A DNA stretch of 64,000 bases from Arsenophonus sp. (GCA_052171275.1 CM125795.1:651557-715556), one strand, 5' to 3'; positions 12,396 through 22,775 are shown, numbered from the stretch's first letter. The notes: a model not told the origin generated them from the sequence alone. A program made the numbers and translations.

Positions 12396-12761
12396 TTAAG
12401 ATTTATATATATTTTTCATTAAAAGCGGTCCTAATGGGTAACCTCCTAGTAAATGCATATGAATATGAAAAACTTCTTGACCGGAATGCTTATTACAATT
12501 CATAATTAAACGGTAACCATTGTCAGCAATACCTTCCTGTTTGGCGATCTTTGCAGCAATTCTAATCATATGACCCAATGTCTGTTCATGCTCATATTTT
12601 ACATCATTGATCGTAGCAATAAAAATATTAGGAATGATTAAAATATGAATTGGTGCTTGTGGTTCTATATCTTTAATTGCTGTCACTAAATTATCTTGAT
12701 AAACAAAATCAGCAGGAATTTTATGGTCTATAATTTTAGTAAAAATCGTTTCTGATATCAT
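12396..12761 (-). CDS. hinT: HinT purine nucleoside phosphoramidase (HIT family)
   Basis: The 121-aa ORF is colinear with E. coli HinT (ETIFxKII...IPxDxVYQDxLVTAxxDIxPQAPxHILIIPN...[26 protein letters not shown]) and carries the histidine triad HxHxHxx. Confidence 0.92.
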
Positions 12762-13587
12762 GATTTTATCCTTTAAATTTATTCTTTTAAAATATAAATA
12801 TTTATTTCTTTTAAATTATTATATAAAAAATATCAATAAGATTTTATGAATAAAAATTTTATTCATTTTTATTTTATAATTTTTTATAATAATAAACATA
12901 TATTTTATATAAACTAATTTATTTTTTCAATAATAAAAAAGTGAATGTCAGATAAAATTGTATCAGTTTCAATTAAAATGGAATTTATAAATATTATAAC
13001 TACAATTTAATTGTAATTAAATTTACTATATTCAGTAGAATAATGCCATTCATAAAAGAATAAGATATAAAATACTTTATTTGATATTGTTTTTAATCTA
13101 ATCATTTTATTTATATAAATAAAAAATATAATATAACAATTATCACAATATTTCTAATAATATTATTAATATATTTTGCTTAAGTTATTAATAATAAATA
13201 ATACTATTTTATTTAGTTGATAGATAATATGAATATTTTAACAAAATATTTGTTATAATTTATAATTCTTACTCTTAATCTTAATAATAACAATATAAAT
13301 TTATTTCATTTAATATAGTAATTTTACTATATAATATTAAACATTAGAATTAATTAAAACAATAATTTTTTATAAATATAAACGAATATATTTTATATAA
13401 AAATTTTTTTATCATGTTGATTTATTTATAAATTTATATTAATAAAATCTAATACTATTATCATGATAATTAGAATATACTTTTAATTAAATGTCATTTT
13501 CAAAATATTATTGATATTTTTATTTTTATATTATTTTTACAATTAAAATTAAATGAAAGTTGAATCAACTAAAAATGATAAAATCTT

Positions 13588-14577
13588 TTAATTATTATTA
13601 TATAGTCTATTTTGCCAATTGATTAACTGAGATGTTAATTGAAGCTTCTGATTCAATCCAATTATCGATATTAATTTGTAACGACAATTTTTCCATTCTG
13701 TAGCACTTTTTAATAAAACATTAGTAGAATTCATTGTAGCCAATTTAGTAAATAAAATTAATTGGTCTTTATTGACACAATAATTAATTGCTTGTTGTTT
13801 ATATTTTACTGCATCCAATAAAAGTGTTATTAACCATCTTATGCGTTCGATAGTATTTGGTTGATCTAATTCTGGTAACCAGTTGAAGAGTGTTTTAGTT
13901 GTTAAATGTTTTAATAATAATTGGCAAAATCTCTTTCTTTTTAACCAATTTTCTGGTTGTAACATACTTAAAGCAGAAAGAGGTGCTCCTACATTAAGTT
14001 TTATTGCTGTTTCAATATCAAGTAATTCTAAAAATGATTTTTGTTTTTGTAACCAAAAAACTACAGATTTATAATCTGGTATAGAAAGGTGATAATAAAA
14101 ACATCGACTACGTAAAGTATCTAACAAAAATGATGGGTTATGACATTCCAATAAAAAATATGTGTTATCAGTCGGTTCTTCTAAAGTTTTTAATAATGCA
14201 TTACTTGCAGATTCGCTTAATGATTCAAGAGAAGGAAACCAAATAACTTTAGCACCACCATGCTGTGCATGAGTAACTAAAATTTCTATTAAATAACGAA
14301 TGTTTTCAACACCTATTATATTTTTTCCATTTTCTAAAGTAATTTTATGCCAGTCTAAATGTGTCTCTGCTAACATTAATTTACAACTATGACATTTACC
14401 ACAACTTTTTATATCTATTGGCCGATGGCACATTAGCCAACGGCTAATAGCATAAATTAGTGCATCACTTCCTATTCCAGAATGAGTATGTAAAAGTAAT
14501 ACAGGATGTGCCTTCTTTTTTTGATGAAAAGCGATTATTTGTTTATATGCATCCTTTAACCATGGGTACCAGTTCAT
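13588..14577 (-). CDS. holB: DNA polymerase III delta' subunit
   Basis: The 329-aa ORF is colinear with E. coli HolB (WYPWL..., DALIYAxSRxLxC, zinc module CGxCxxCxL, GGAKVxW, ANALLKTLEEP, LRSRC). The start lies 1 nt after the tmk stop, suggesting operon coupling. Confidence 0.9.
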   Translation of the reverse strand: MNWYPWLKDAYKQIIAFHQKKKAHPVLLLHTHSGIGSDALIYAISRWLMCHRPIDIKSCGKCHSCKLMLAETHLDWHKITLENGKNIIGVENIRYLIEILVTHAQHGGAKVIWFPSLESLSESASNALLKTLEEPTDNTYFLLECHNPSFLLDTLRSRCFYYHLSIPDYKSVVFWLQKQKSFLELLDIETAIKLNVGAPLSALSMLQPENWLKRKRFCQLLLKHLTTKTLFNWLPELDQPNTIERIRWLITLLLDAVKYKQQAINYCVNKDQLILFTKLATMNSTNVLLKSATEWKNCRYKLISIIGLNQKLQLTSQLINWQNRLYNNN

Positions 14578-14578
14578 T

Positions 14579-15214
14579 TTATTTACCTTTAGTTATTAAC
14601 CAATTTTCTAATACATATCGAATATTTTTTTGTACAACTTCTAATGATTTATTGGCATTAATTGTAATAATTGAGTCATCTTTATCTGCTAATTCAAGAT
14701 AACGTTTACGAGTTGCTTTAAAGAAAACTAATGATTCTTTTTCTATACGATCTAGTACACCACGATTTCTTACTCGTTTTAAACCAAGAAGTGGTTCTAT
14801 ATCAAGATACAATGTTAAATCAGGACGAAAATCTCCTAATATATTATTACGTAATATTTTAATTAATTTAGATGATAGCGCTCGCCCTCCTCCTTGATAA
14901 GCCTGTGATGATAGATCATGACGATCACCAATGACCCATCTTCCACTTTTAAGTGCAGGTTTAATAACATTTTCGATTAATTGAATACGTGCAGCATAAA
15001 TCATTAGTAATTCTGCTTTATTAGTGATTTTTTCATTAACAATGCTATTTTTAATTAATTGGCGTAATTTTTCTGCTAATGGTGTTCCTCCTGGTTCACG
15101 TGTAAATTCAATATTAGTTATTCCTATTTTAGTAAGTGTTTCTGCAATAGTTTTTATTATCGTAGTTTTTCCAGCACCCTCGAGACCTTCAATAACTATA
15201 TAATGGCTTTTCAT
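14579..15214 (-). CDS. tmk: Thymidylate kinase
   Basis: The 211-aa ORF has the P-loop [11 protein letters not shown], the DRH motif ([16 protein letters not shown]) and a lid region. It directly abuts mltG upstream and holB downstream. Confidence 0.95.
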
Positions 15215-16237
15215 TTATTTTTTATTTTTTATTTGTCTATAATACTTAACTGCCTGGTTATGATCATTAAAATTAGTAGTAAATGTATGTCCACCATTAC
15301 CACTTGCAACGAAATAAAAATAATTTGTTTCATTAGGATGAGCAGCTGCTTTAATTGAAGATATGCTTGGCATAGAAATTGGTGTAGGCGGCAAACCAAC
15401 AATTAAATATGTATTATAAGAACTTGATTTATTTAAGTCATTTCGATTAAGTTCACCATTGTACTTATCACCTAAACCATATATAACAGTAGGATCTGTT
15501 TGTAACTTCATCTTTTTCTTTAATCGATTAATAAATACTGACGCTATTTTTGTTCTTTCTATATCAATACCAGTTTCTTTTTCAATGATTGAAGCCATAA
15601 TTAACATTTCATATGATGTTTTATATGGTAAATTAGAGGATCGCCTTTGCCATTCATATTCAATAGTCATTAACATTTTCTTATGTGCTCTCTTTAATAT
15701 ATCAATATCACTAAGTTCCGATGTATAATAGTAAGTATCAGGGTAAAATAATCCCTCTAATGATTGGTAATTATCTAGCTTTAATTGCTTAATTAATTTA
15801 TTAATAGATTGGTTTTTAATAGTTTGTTTTAAATAAGGAGTTTGATTTAATGTTTTTCTCCAGTCCTGAAATCGAGATCCTTCAATAAAGAGTAAACTAA
15901 ATTGTGCTTCCTTACAAACAAAGAACATTTTTAACATTGTTCGTAAAGATATGCCAAAATTTAATCGATATGTTCCAACTTTGAATTGAGCTAGTTGTGG
16001 TTCTAATCTTAACAACCATTGAAATTTATCGGTATTATTTATTATTTTTTTTTCTATTAATAATAATTCTAATTCTTTTCGACTTGTGCCTTGAGGTAAA
16101 TTAAAAATAATTGTTTTATTAATATTAATAGGTGTATCAGCATAATTTTGTATTTGATAATAAAATATGTAAAAAATACATCCAATTAATATTAATAAAA
16201 AAATAATTAATAATAATACTTTTTTTATATACTTCAT
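15215..16237 (-). CDS. mltG: MltG (YceG) endolytic murein transglycosylase
   Basis: The 340-aa ORF has an N-terminal TM helix and a YceG-like domain (ASIIEKETG, RxxIASVFINRLxxxMxLQTDPTVIYG, YNTYxxxGLPPTPI). Position in the pabC-yceG-tmk-holB order is conserved. Confidence 0.9.
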   Translation of the reverse strand: MKYIKKVLLLIIFLLILIGCIFYIFYYQIQNYADTPININKTIIFNLPQGTSRKELELLLIEKKIINNTDKFQWLLRLEPQLAQFKVGTYRLNFGISLRTMLKMFFVCKEAQFSLLFIEGSRFQDWRKTLNQTPYLKQTIKNQSINKLIKQLKLDNYQSLEGLFYPDTYYYTSELSDIDILKRAHKKMLMTIEYEWQRRSSNLPYKTSYEMLIMASIIEKETGIDIERTKIASVFINRLKKKMKLQTDPTVIYGLGDKYNGELNRNDLNKSSSYNTYLIVGLPPTPISMPSISSIKAAAHPNETNYFYFVASGNGGHTFTTNFNDHNQAVKYYRQIKNKK

Positions 16238-16240
16238 TTC

Positions 16241-17120
16241 ACAATAGTTTCCTAATTTTATATTTTATAATTAATTTAATATTAATTATAAAATTAATTT
16301 AATCTTAAACAATATGATAATAAAAATGAATAATTCACGATAATGATAGTTCTATGCGTATATTTTTATGAATTAAAATATAGTTAACAGATGATATTAG
16401 CTCATTATAAAGCATTACTAATAATCAACCTCATCGCTATAAGTTAAATATATAATATTAGGGATGTTCATTAATATAAAAAAGTTCATAATCAGCATTA
16501 TATAAATAAGTTATAATTTTTTTCGTATTACACCTTTTAACACAAGCATAATTTAAATTTGGTGTATATATATTTTCTTATACGAAAAAATATTTACTGT
16601 TTAATATTAATTAAAATACCATTACTATCATCTGTGTTATAATAGCTTCATCAGTATTTAATAATTGAATTTGTTGATTTATTAATATATGTTCTAATCA
16701 ATTTAAATGTTTAATACCTGTTAAATAACGCTTATTATTTATTGGTATAGTTTTTAATTTTAAATTAATATAGATTTATTCTTGATTAAGATAAATAGTT
16801 GTTTAATAGATTAAAAAATAATAATCGTTTCTTTTTAAAATCAGTTATACTATAATTTCCATTTATCACCTTTACTAAGACTAATTAATAACTTTAATTA
16901 TTAATAAATAGTTTTTATTCAATTTTGCGATCTTATTTATATAAACAGTAATTTTTAAATATTTTTTTAACTGATAAATATGATCTTCAAATAAATCAGT
17001 CTTATTCCCAACTATATAGTATTGTTGTAAAACAACACTCGAAGAATTGAACAGCTCTATCAATTATAGAAATATTATTTTTTTGTTCATCATTTAATCT
17101 AATAAATCATTGTATTAACT
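16241..17120 (-). pseudogene. pabC: pabC (aminodeoxychorismate lyase) fossil
   Basis: Minus-strand translation fragments align with E. coli PabC in order:
- FIRLNDEQKNNISIIDRAVQFFECCFTT (then a stop) vs FLINGHKQESLAVSDRATQFGDGCFTT
- IYTPNLNYACVKRCNTKKIITYLYNADYEL vs VYTPRLDQAGVNGIMRQFCIRLLAQSSYQL
- IAMRLIISNAL**ANIIC* vs ADEMVICNALMPVMPVCAC

Several stops and frameshifts are present. Track ORF 16881-17063 is an out-of-frame reading of this fossil. Length is ~880 bp vs 810 bp in E. coli. Confidence 0.75.
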
Positions 17121-17246
17121 TATTAATTAAACTAAATATTATTATTTTAATATTATAGTTTAATATGAATTTATTATTTAAATCAATAAAAATGATAACT
17201 TAGATTAATTTTGTTAAATTAACTATTATATAAAAATATTAAGTGA

Positions 17247-18525
17247 TTAATTTTTATAAAAAATATTTGAACTATTTGTAAAACTAAAACAAAATGAATT
17301 AAATAAAGAACATTAAATATATTTAACTTTATAATATTAACTTTTTCTTCTATAAGATTTAACCAAATATAAACACTTATTAATTTTATTTTAAGTTACT
17401 ATCAAAATTTTTAAGGTTAATCATTGAGAAAACAAGTTAATTTTTGATAATAAAATGGTGAGATAGTTTTAATTACATTTTCTGATCACAACAAATGATC
17501 GATTGTATGATATATTTCTCCAACTAATTAGTATTTTGTTTTATTTTTATAAAAATATGTAGAATCTCGCATTTGAATAGTAATATTTCTTATATATTAA
17601 TTAATTAAGTTAATATCAATTATAGATTATTTTTTATGTCTATATATCCGCATAATTAATTTATTCTAGTTATTAGGAAATATATATTTATTTTTATAAT
17701 TAAATTATATTATAATAATCACTTATTATAAACTAAAAAAATAAGATAAATTCTTATAATATTAATTCTTAATATATTAAGATATTTTTATACGGTTCTA
17801 AATATTTACATATTTTAATATAAAACTATCATTTTCTAATTTAGTTGATCTGTTTATTTACTATAGTCATTTATTATATTTTAATAAACATTTAATCAAT
17901 AAAACTTATAAAATAAACATTAAAGAATATCTTTATTTTTTATTGTAATTTTCTAGCACGATATTAATATAGTATTAAATAATAATATGTGTTAAGAATT
18001 AATATAATTAATAATCATAACATAAGTTATGTTAATAAAGATAATTTTAATTTAAATTTATAAATAATACTTAAATAGATAATTAACTATTATGTTATAA
18101 TTTTTTTAAAAAAGAAAAATAACTTATTTTATGTTGATTATTATTTTAGTAATTTAATTTAATTTTATTAAATTATATTTAATTTTAATATTAATAGTTA
18201 GTAACTATATACTTAATATCATGGTATTTTATTTTTTGATTTTGATATATTTTATCTTTATATAAATTTTATTTATTGATAATTTTATATCATATTAAAT
18301 AAAATCTTCTCTTATATAAGAGAAGATTTTATTTATTTTAAAATTTCATAATTTGCTATGATCAAAAATCTTCAAACAAAATAATGAATTTAGTTGTATA
18401 GTTTTTTAATATTAAGAAGTTTTATAAGATTTATAATGCAATTATTTGTATAATTAGCTATAAAAAGCATTAATTATGCTTCAACAAAGAGTTGTTGAAT
18501 GCAAAATAACACGATAAGTATATCT
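17247..18525 (-). pseudogene. fabF: fabF (3-oxoacyl-ACP synthase II) fossil
   Basis: The C-terminus is clearly readable on the minus strand (17300 to 17247): NSFCFSFTNSSNIFYKN* vs E. coli NSFGFGGTNGSLIFKKI*. N-terminal traces are weaker: YRVILHSTTLC* vs RRVVVTGLGML, and INLIKLLNIKKLYN*IHYFV*RF vs [23 protein letters not shown]. It lies between acpP and pabC as in E. coli, spans ~1280 bp vs 1242 bp, and has no ORF of 60 aa or more. Confidence 0.7.
18296..18335. repeat. Perfect 40-nt palindrome (20-bp arms, no spacer) inside the fabF fossil
   Basis: The sequence is ttaaataaaatcttctcttat|ataagagaagattttatttaa. All 20 pairs were checked by hand, and each arm contains G/C bases. Confidence 0.9.
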
Positions 18526-18582
18526 GAAATTGTTCAGTTTTTAAATATCTTATATAATATAAAAAAGATAAGTGTTAATAAG

Positions 18583-18611
18583 ATTTCAAACGGTCTATGA
18601 CCGTTTGAAAT
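18583..18611 (-). terminator. Hairpin downstream of acpP (probable intrinsic terminator or attenuator)
   Basis: A 13-bp perfect stem (atttcaaacggtc / tat / gaccgtttgaaat) with 5 G:C pairs lies 35 nt after the acpP stop. On the minus-strand RNA it is followed by cuuauu. It is the most G/C-rich structure in the spacer, at the position where E. coli has a partial terminator between acpP and fabF. Confidence 0.6.
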
Positions 18612-18646
18612 ATGTACACAAAACTTTTTGTAATTAAATTTAAGCT

Positions 18647-18907
18647 TTATGACTTATTTTTATCAATATAATCAATAGCTGCTTGTACCGTTGTTATTTT
18701 TTCTGCTTCTTCATCAGGAATTTCGGTATCAAATTCTTCTTCCAATGCCATAACCAGCTCAACAGTGTCAAGAGAATCTGCACCTAAGTCTTCAACGAAT
18801 GATGCGTTATTTGAAACCTCATCTTCTTTAACACCTAATTGTTCAGCAATTATTTTCTTAACACGTTTTTCAATATCATTTTCAATACGTTCTTCTCTAG
18901 TGATCAT
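18647..18907 (-). CDS. acpP: Acyl carrier protein
   Basis: The 86-aa ORF is nearly identical to E. coli AcpP from RVKKII onward ([49 protein letters not shown]; phosphopantetheine site DSL). It has an AGGA SD 8 nt upstream and carries an extra 8 codons near the N-terminus (see findings). Confidence 0.95.
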
Positions 18908-19010
18908 ACTATTAGATTCCTATTAAAACTCGCTTTTACGATAGTTTTCTGTAGTTTAGAAATTTGGAAGAAATAAAAATCCTTAATTCCTTCTGTTATT
19001 CTAACCTAAT

Positions 19011-19049
19011 TTCGTATTATTAATGCTATTTTAGCATCAATAATACGAA
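19011..19049 (-). promoter_or_regulatory. 18-bp stem-loop in the fabG-acpP spacer (RNA processing, stability or attenuation element; function unknown)
   Basis: The sequence is ttcgtattattaatgcta / ttt / tagcatcaataatacgaa. There are 17 Watson-Crick pairs plus one position that is G.U on the transcribed (minus) strand. It starts 15 nt after the fabG stop. No U-run follows, so it is not a classical terminator. Confidence 0.45.
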
Positions 19050-19063
19050 TGATTCATTGGTTT

Positions 19064-19798
19064 TTAAAACATACACATGCCACCATTAACATGTAATGTT
19101 TCACCAGTAATATAAGCTGCTTCACCAGAAGCTAAAAATGCTACAGCACTGGCAATTTCCTTTACATTACCAAGCCTTTTTAAGGGTACGCTTGCTAAAA
19201 TCTCTGCTCGCTGTTTATCTGTTAATGCTCTAGTCATATCGGTTTCTATAAAACCAGGAGAAACAACATTTACTGTGATACCACGGGTAGCTACTTCACG
19301 TGCTAATGATTTACTAAAAGCTATAACACCTGCTTTAGCTGCCGCATAATTTGCCTGTCCAGTATTACCTAATGTGCCGACAATTGAACCAACAGAGATA
19401 ATTCTACCATAACGTTTTTTCATCATTGAACGTATTATAACTTTAGATAAACTGAATATTGAAGTTAAATTTGTCTTAATAACTATGTTCCATTCTTCTT
19501 CTTTCATTCGTAGTAATAAATTATCACTTGTAATACCTGCATTATTGACTAAAATATCAATTTCGCCAAATTTTTCACGAATTTTAGATAAAGTATTATT
19601 GATAGATTCAGTATTTATTACATTCAATAAATAACCTTTACCTTTGTTATTAAGATAGCCACTAATTGTCTTAGCACCTTTTTCAGTTGTAGCTGTACCA
19701 ATTACTTTTGCACCACGTTCAGCGAATAGTTCAGCTATTGAACGTCCTATACCACGACTCGCTCCAGTTACCAAAGCTATTTTTCCAGTAAAAGTCAT
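19064..19798 (-). CDS. fabG: 3-oxoacyl-ACP reductase
   Basis: The 244-aa ORF is colinear with E. coli FabG (GKIALVTGASRGIG, LVNNAGIT, catalytic YAAAKAG, ITVNVVSPGFIETDMT, YITGETLHVNGGM). Confidence 0.95.
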   Translation of the reverse strand: MTFTGKIALVTGASRGIGRSIAELFAERGAKVIGTATTEKGAKTISGYLNNKGKGYLLNVINTESINNTLSKIREKFGEIDILVNNAGITSDNLLLRMKEEEWNIVIKTNLTSIFSLSKVIIRSMMKKRYGRIISVGSIVGTLGNTGQANYAAAKAGVIAFSKSLAREVATRGITVNVVSPGFIETDMTRALTDKQRAEILASVPLKRLGNVKEIASAVAFLASGEAAYITGETLHVNGGMCMF

Positions 19799-19805
19799 GT
19801 TTTCC

Positions 19806-20741
19806 TCAATTATTTACTAATGCAGCGATTAATGATTTTCTATCATTAATCGCTGCTGAATTAATCGTACTTATAATCTGCTTACTCAATCCTGTTAACA
19901 CTTTACCTGGCCCTATTTCTAATAATTTTGAAATCCCTTCTTTTTCGACTATAAATTTGATGATTTCAACCCATCGAACAGGGTTATATAACTGCCTAAC
20001 TAAAGCATATCTAATACGGTCTATAGAGTTTTCTATTTTAACATCGACATTATTTACAACAGAGATATTTGGTTTATTAAATGCAATTTTTTTTAATGCT
20101 TGTGCTAATTTCTTTGATGCTGGATACATTAATTCACAGTGTGAAGGCACATTAATAGCTAATGGTAAAGTACGTTTTGCACCAAAAGCTTTACATAAAA
20201 TTACTGCTCTTTCAACAGCATCTTTTTCCCCTGCAATGACAATTTGTTCAGGCGAATTAAAATTAACAGCAGAAACTATTTGCCCCTGTGCAGCTTGCTT
20301 ACATGATGCTAATACTAACTTGTTATTTAAACCAATAATTGCATACATAGTACCAATTTTATCTTTTACAGATTCTTGCATCAATTGCCCTCGTAATTCA
20401 ACCAATTTGATAGCTGATTTAAAATCGATGACATTGGCACAAACTAATGCAGAATATTCACCTAAACTATGGCCAGCCATTAATTTAGGAATCTTACCTC
20501 CGTTTTCCCGCCATACTTGAAAAATTGCGACAGATGCTGATAAAACTGCTGGTTGTGTTTTCCAAGTTTTATTTAATTCTTTTATAGGACCATTCTGGAT
20601 TAAATTCCATAAATCATACCCTAATATATCAGAAGAATTAGTAAATGTTTCCTTTACCATTTTAAACTCTTTTGCTAAATCAGATAACATACCTATAGAT
20701 TGTGAGCCTTGACCAGGAAAAATCATTGCAAAATCAGACAT
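19806..20741 (-). CDS. fabD: Malonyl-CoA:ACP transacylase
   Basis: The 311-aa ORF has FPGQGSQ, the active-site GHSLGEYSALV and the VNFNSPEQIVIAG motif. It has a GGAG SD and sits between fabH and fabG. Confidence 0.95.
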   Translation of the reverse strand: MSDFAMIFPGQGSQSIGMLSDLAKEFKMVKETFTNSSDILGYDLWNLIQNGPIKELNKTWKTQPAVLSASVAIFQVWRENGGKIPKLMAGHSLGEYSALVCANVIDFKSAIKLVELRGQLMQESVKDKIGTMYAIIGLNNKLVLASCKQAAQGQIVSAVNFNSPEQIVIAGEKDAVERAVILCKAFGAKRTLPLAINVPSHCELMYPASKKLAQALKKIAFNKPNISVVNNVDVKIENSIDRIRYALVRQLYNPVRWVEIIKFIVEKEGISKLLEIGPGKVLTGLSKQIISTINSAAINDRKSLIAALVNN

Positions 20742-20765
20742 TTTAATCTCCAGATTATTTAAACT

Positions 20766-21719
20766 TTAAAACCTAATCAATGCTGAACCCCAAGTAAATC
20801 CACCTCCAAATGCTTCAAGTAATACTATCTGCCCTCGTTGTATGCGACCATCCCTGATTGCTTCATCAAGTGCTGTTGGTACTGAAGCTGCTGAAGTATT
20901 ACCATGTTTATCTAGAGTAATGACAACTTTATCAATTGGCATGGATAGTTTTTTTGCTGTTGCTTGAATAATTCTTAAATTAGCTTGATGTGGAACTAAC
21001 CAATCTAATTTTGATTTATCTAGTGCATTTTTTTCTAATGTTTCGGATACAATATTAGCTAATTTATTTACTGCAATTTTAAAAACTTCATTTCCAACCA
21101 TTTTGACATAAGTTGGTTCTGAATGTTTATTATATTCTTGATGACGTAAAGTTAATAAATCACCATAATTACCATTAGCATGTAAATGAGTTGATAAAAC
21201 ACCTGGTTCCTCCGAACAACCAACAACAATGGCACCAGCTGCATCACCAAATAAAATAAGTGTACTTCGATCATTTGGATTTAATACTCTAGATAATGCA
21301 TCAGAGCCAATAACTAATGCTTTCTTCACCATTCCTGTTTTAATAAATTGATCAGTAATACTTAATGCATGAGTAAAACCAGCACATGCAGCAGCAACAT
21401 CAAATGCAGCACAGTTTTCAATTCCTAATATTTTTTGAATTTGACAAGCTGCGCTTGGAAAAGCATGAGTAGAAGAAGTCGTTGCTACAATAATTAAATC
21501 AACTTCATTCGCTTTAATATTTGCAATTGCTAATGCTTTTTGCGCTGCTTTAGCGCCCATTGTAGATACGTTATCTCCTCCTGTTGCAATTCGACGTTCT
21601 TTAATTCCAGTACGAGTAGTTATCCATTCATCAGATGTATCTACCATTTTTTCTAAATCAGCATTTGTACGAACTTGTAGTGGTAAACAACTGCCAGTAC
21701 CTAAGATTTTTGTATACAT
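20766..21719 (-). CDS. fabH: 3-oxoacyl-ACP synthase III
   Basis: The sequence is colinear with E. coli FabH from MYTKI(L/I)GTGS. It has the catalytic Cys in AAACAGF, His in VPHQAN and Asn in HGNTSAAS, and ends [13 protein letters not shown]. The track ORF starts 5 codons earlier (21734, MIKNK-). I prefer the ATG at 21717-21719 by homology, and 21734 remains possible. Confidence 0.9.
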
Positions 21720-21735
21720 TTTGTTTTTAATCACT

Positions 21736-22775
21736 CTTGGGTAATAAAGGTATTTAACTAGTAAAAAAATTCTATCAAGAATTTGTTTTTCTACCGTCTA
21801 TATCACCTGTTTAATTGCAGTCTTAAATGCTTTTTTAGTTTATAAAATCATGACTTTTATCATAATGTCTAATAATATTAAAACTAAGTCATCATCATAG
21901 TTAGGATTAAAAGAGTGTTACAAACATTTTTACTATTTTTATAATTACAATTTAATTGATTTTATTATCTCCAAGATGAGCTATTTATTTTATATATTTG
22001 GAAATTTTAATATAAATAATATAATATGTATTAAACTTTATATTTTTTTTAAAATTAAATTACTTTTGAAGCCTTTGTGCGTGAATAAAAAGCTTTGATC
22101 TAAAATAAACTTATTAGACTATCATTTTATATAACTGATAAAATCTTATAAAATTATTACTCTTAATATTAAGAGAGCTATCTTATAATATAGTCTAAGT
22201 ATTTATTTTATTATTTTATTGTATATCTAATAACGATATTTATTTATTAAATTATATTAGTAATCTTTTAACTATTTACTTATATTTTAGATAAATTATA
22301 CTAGCGTTTTATTTATTTGTTTTAATATGTTATCAAATAAAAATATAATGCTTTTATTTTTTCTTTTTATTTTATAACTAATCTTGTTAAAAACAAATAC
22401 TTAGATGTTATTAATTACATTAATATAGATTTTGTAAGTTAACTAAAATATAGTGATATTTCTATCTCTGATATATTCTTAAGTATTTCTATAAATTCTA
22501 TAAATTTTAATATATTCTATATTGATGTATTATCACTTTATTTAATTTATGGTAATGACTTAATTCATTAGAAATAGCATTTTAACAAAAATAATTTAGA
22601 GATAATCAAATAACTCAATAAATTAAACTGAGGTTAATTGTTTAAAACTTTTATAATATAAACAATAATAATTTTAACTTTAAATTAGAAGATTTTTCAT
22701 AGTATATTGTAATGATAAGAATGTGGAAATTATTATTTCTTGTAAGGTTTATCTAATATAAAAACTAAATTATCT
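21736..22775 (-). pseudogene. plsX: plsX (phosphate acyltransferase) fossil
   Basis: Minus-strand fragments are [34 protein letters not shown] vs E. coli [35 protein letters not shown], with a weaker N-terminal trace ILDKPYKK**FPHS vs ALDVMGGDFGPS. It lies between rpmF and fabH as in E. coli, and the gap is 1.08 kb vs the 1.07-kb plsX. There is no ORF of 60 aa or more. Confidence 0.65.

Noticed and set aside
16881-17063. A 60-aa minus-strand ORF.
   Set aside because: It is an out-of-frame reading through the pabC fossil. The PabC-like peptide (IIDRAVQFFECCFTT) is in a neighbouring frame that is interrupted by stops.
19957-20520. A 187-aa ORF on the plus strand, from the ORF track.
   Set aside because: It lies entirely antisense to the well-supported fabD. 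The translation is low-complexity with no recognisable family, which is typical of a shadow ORF opposite a conserved gene.
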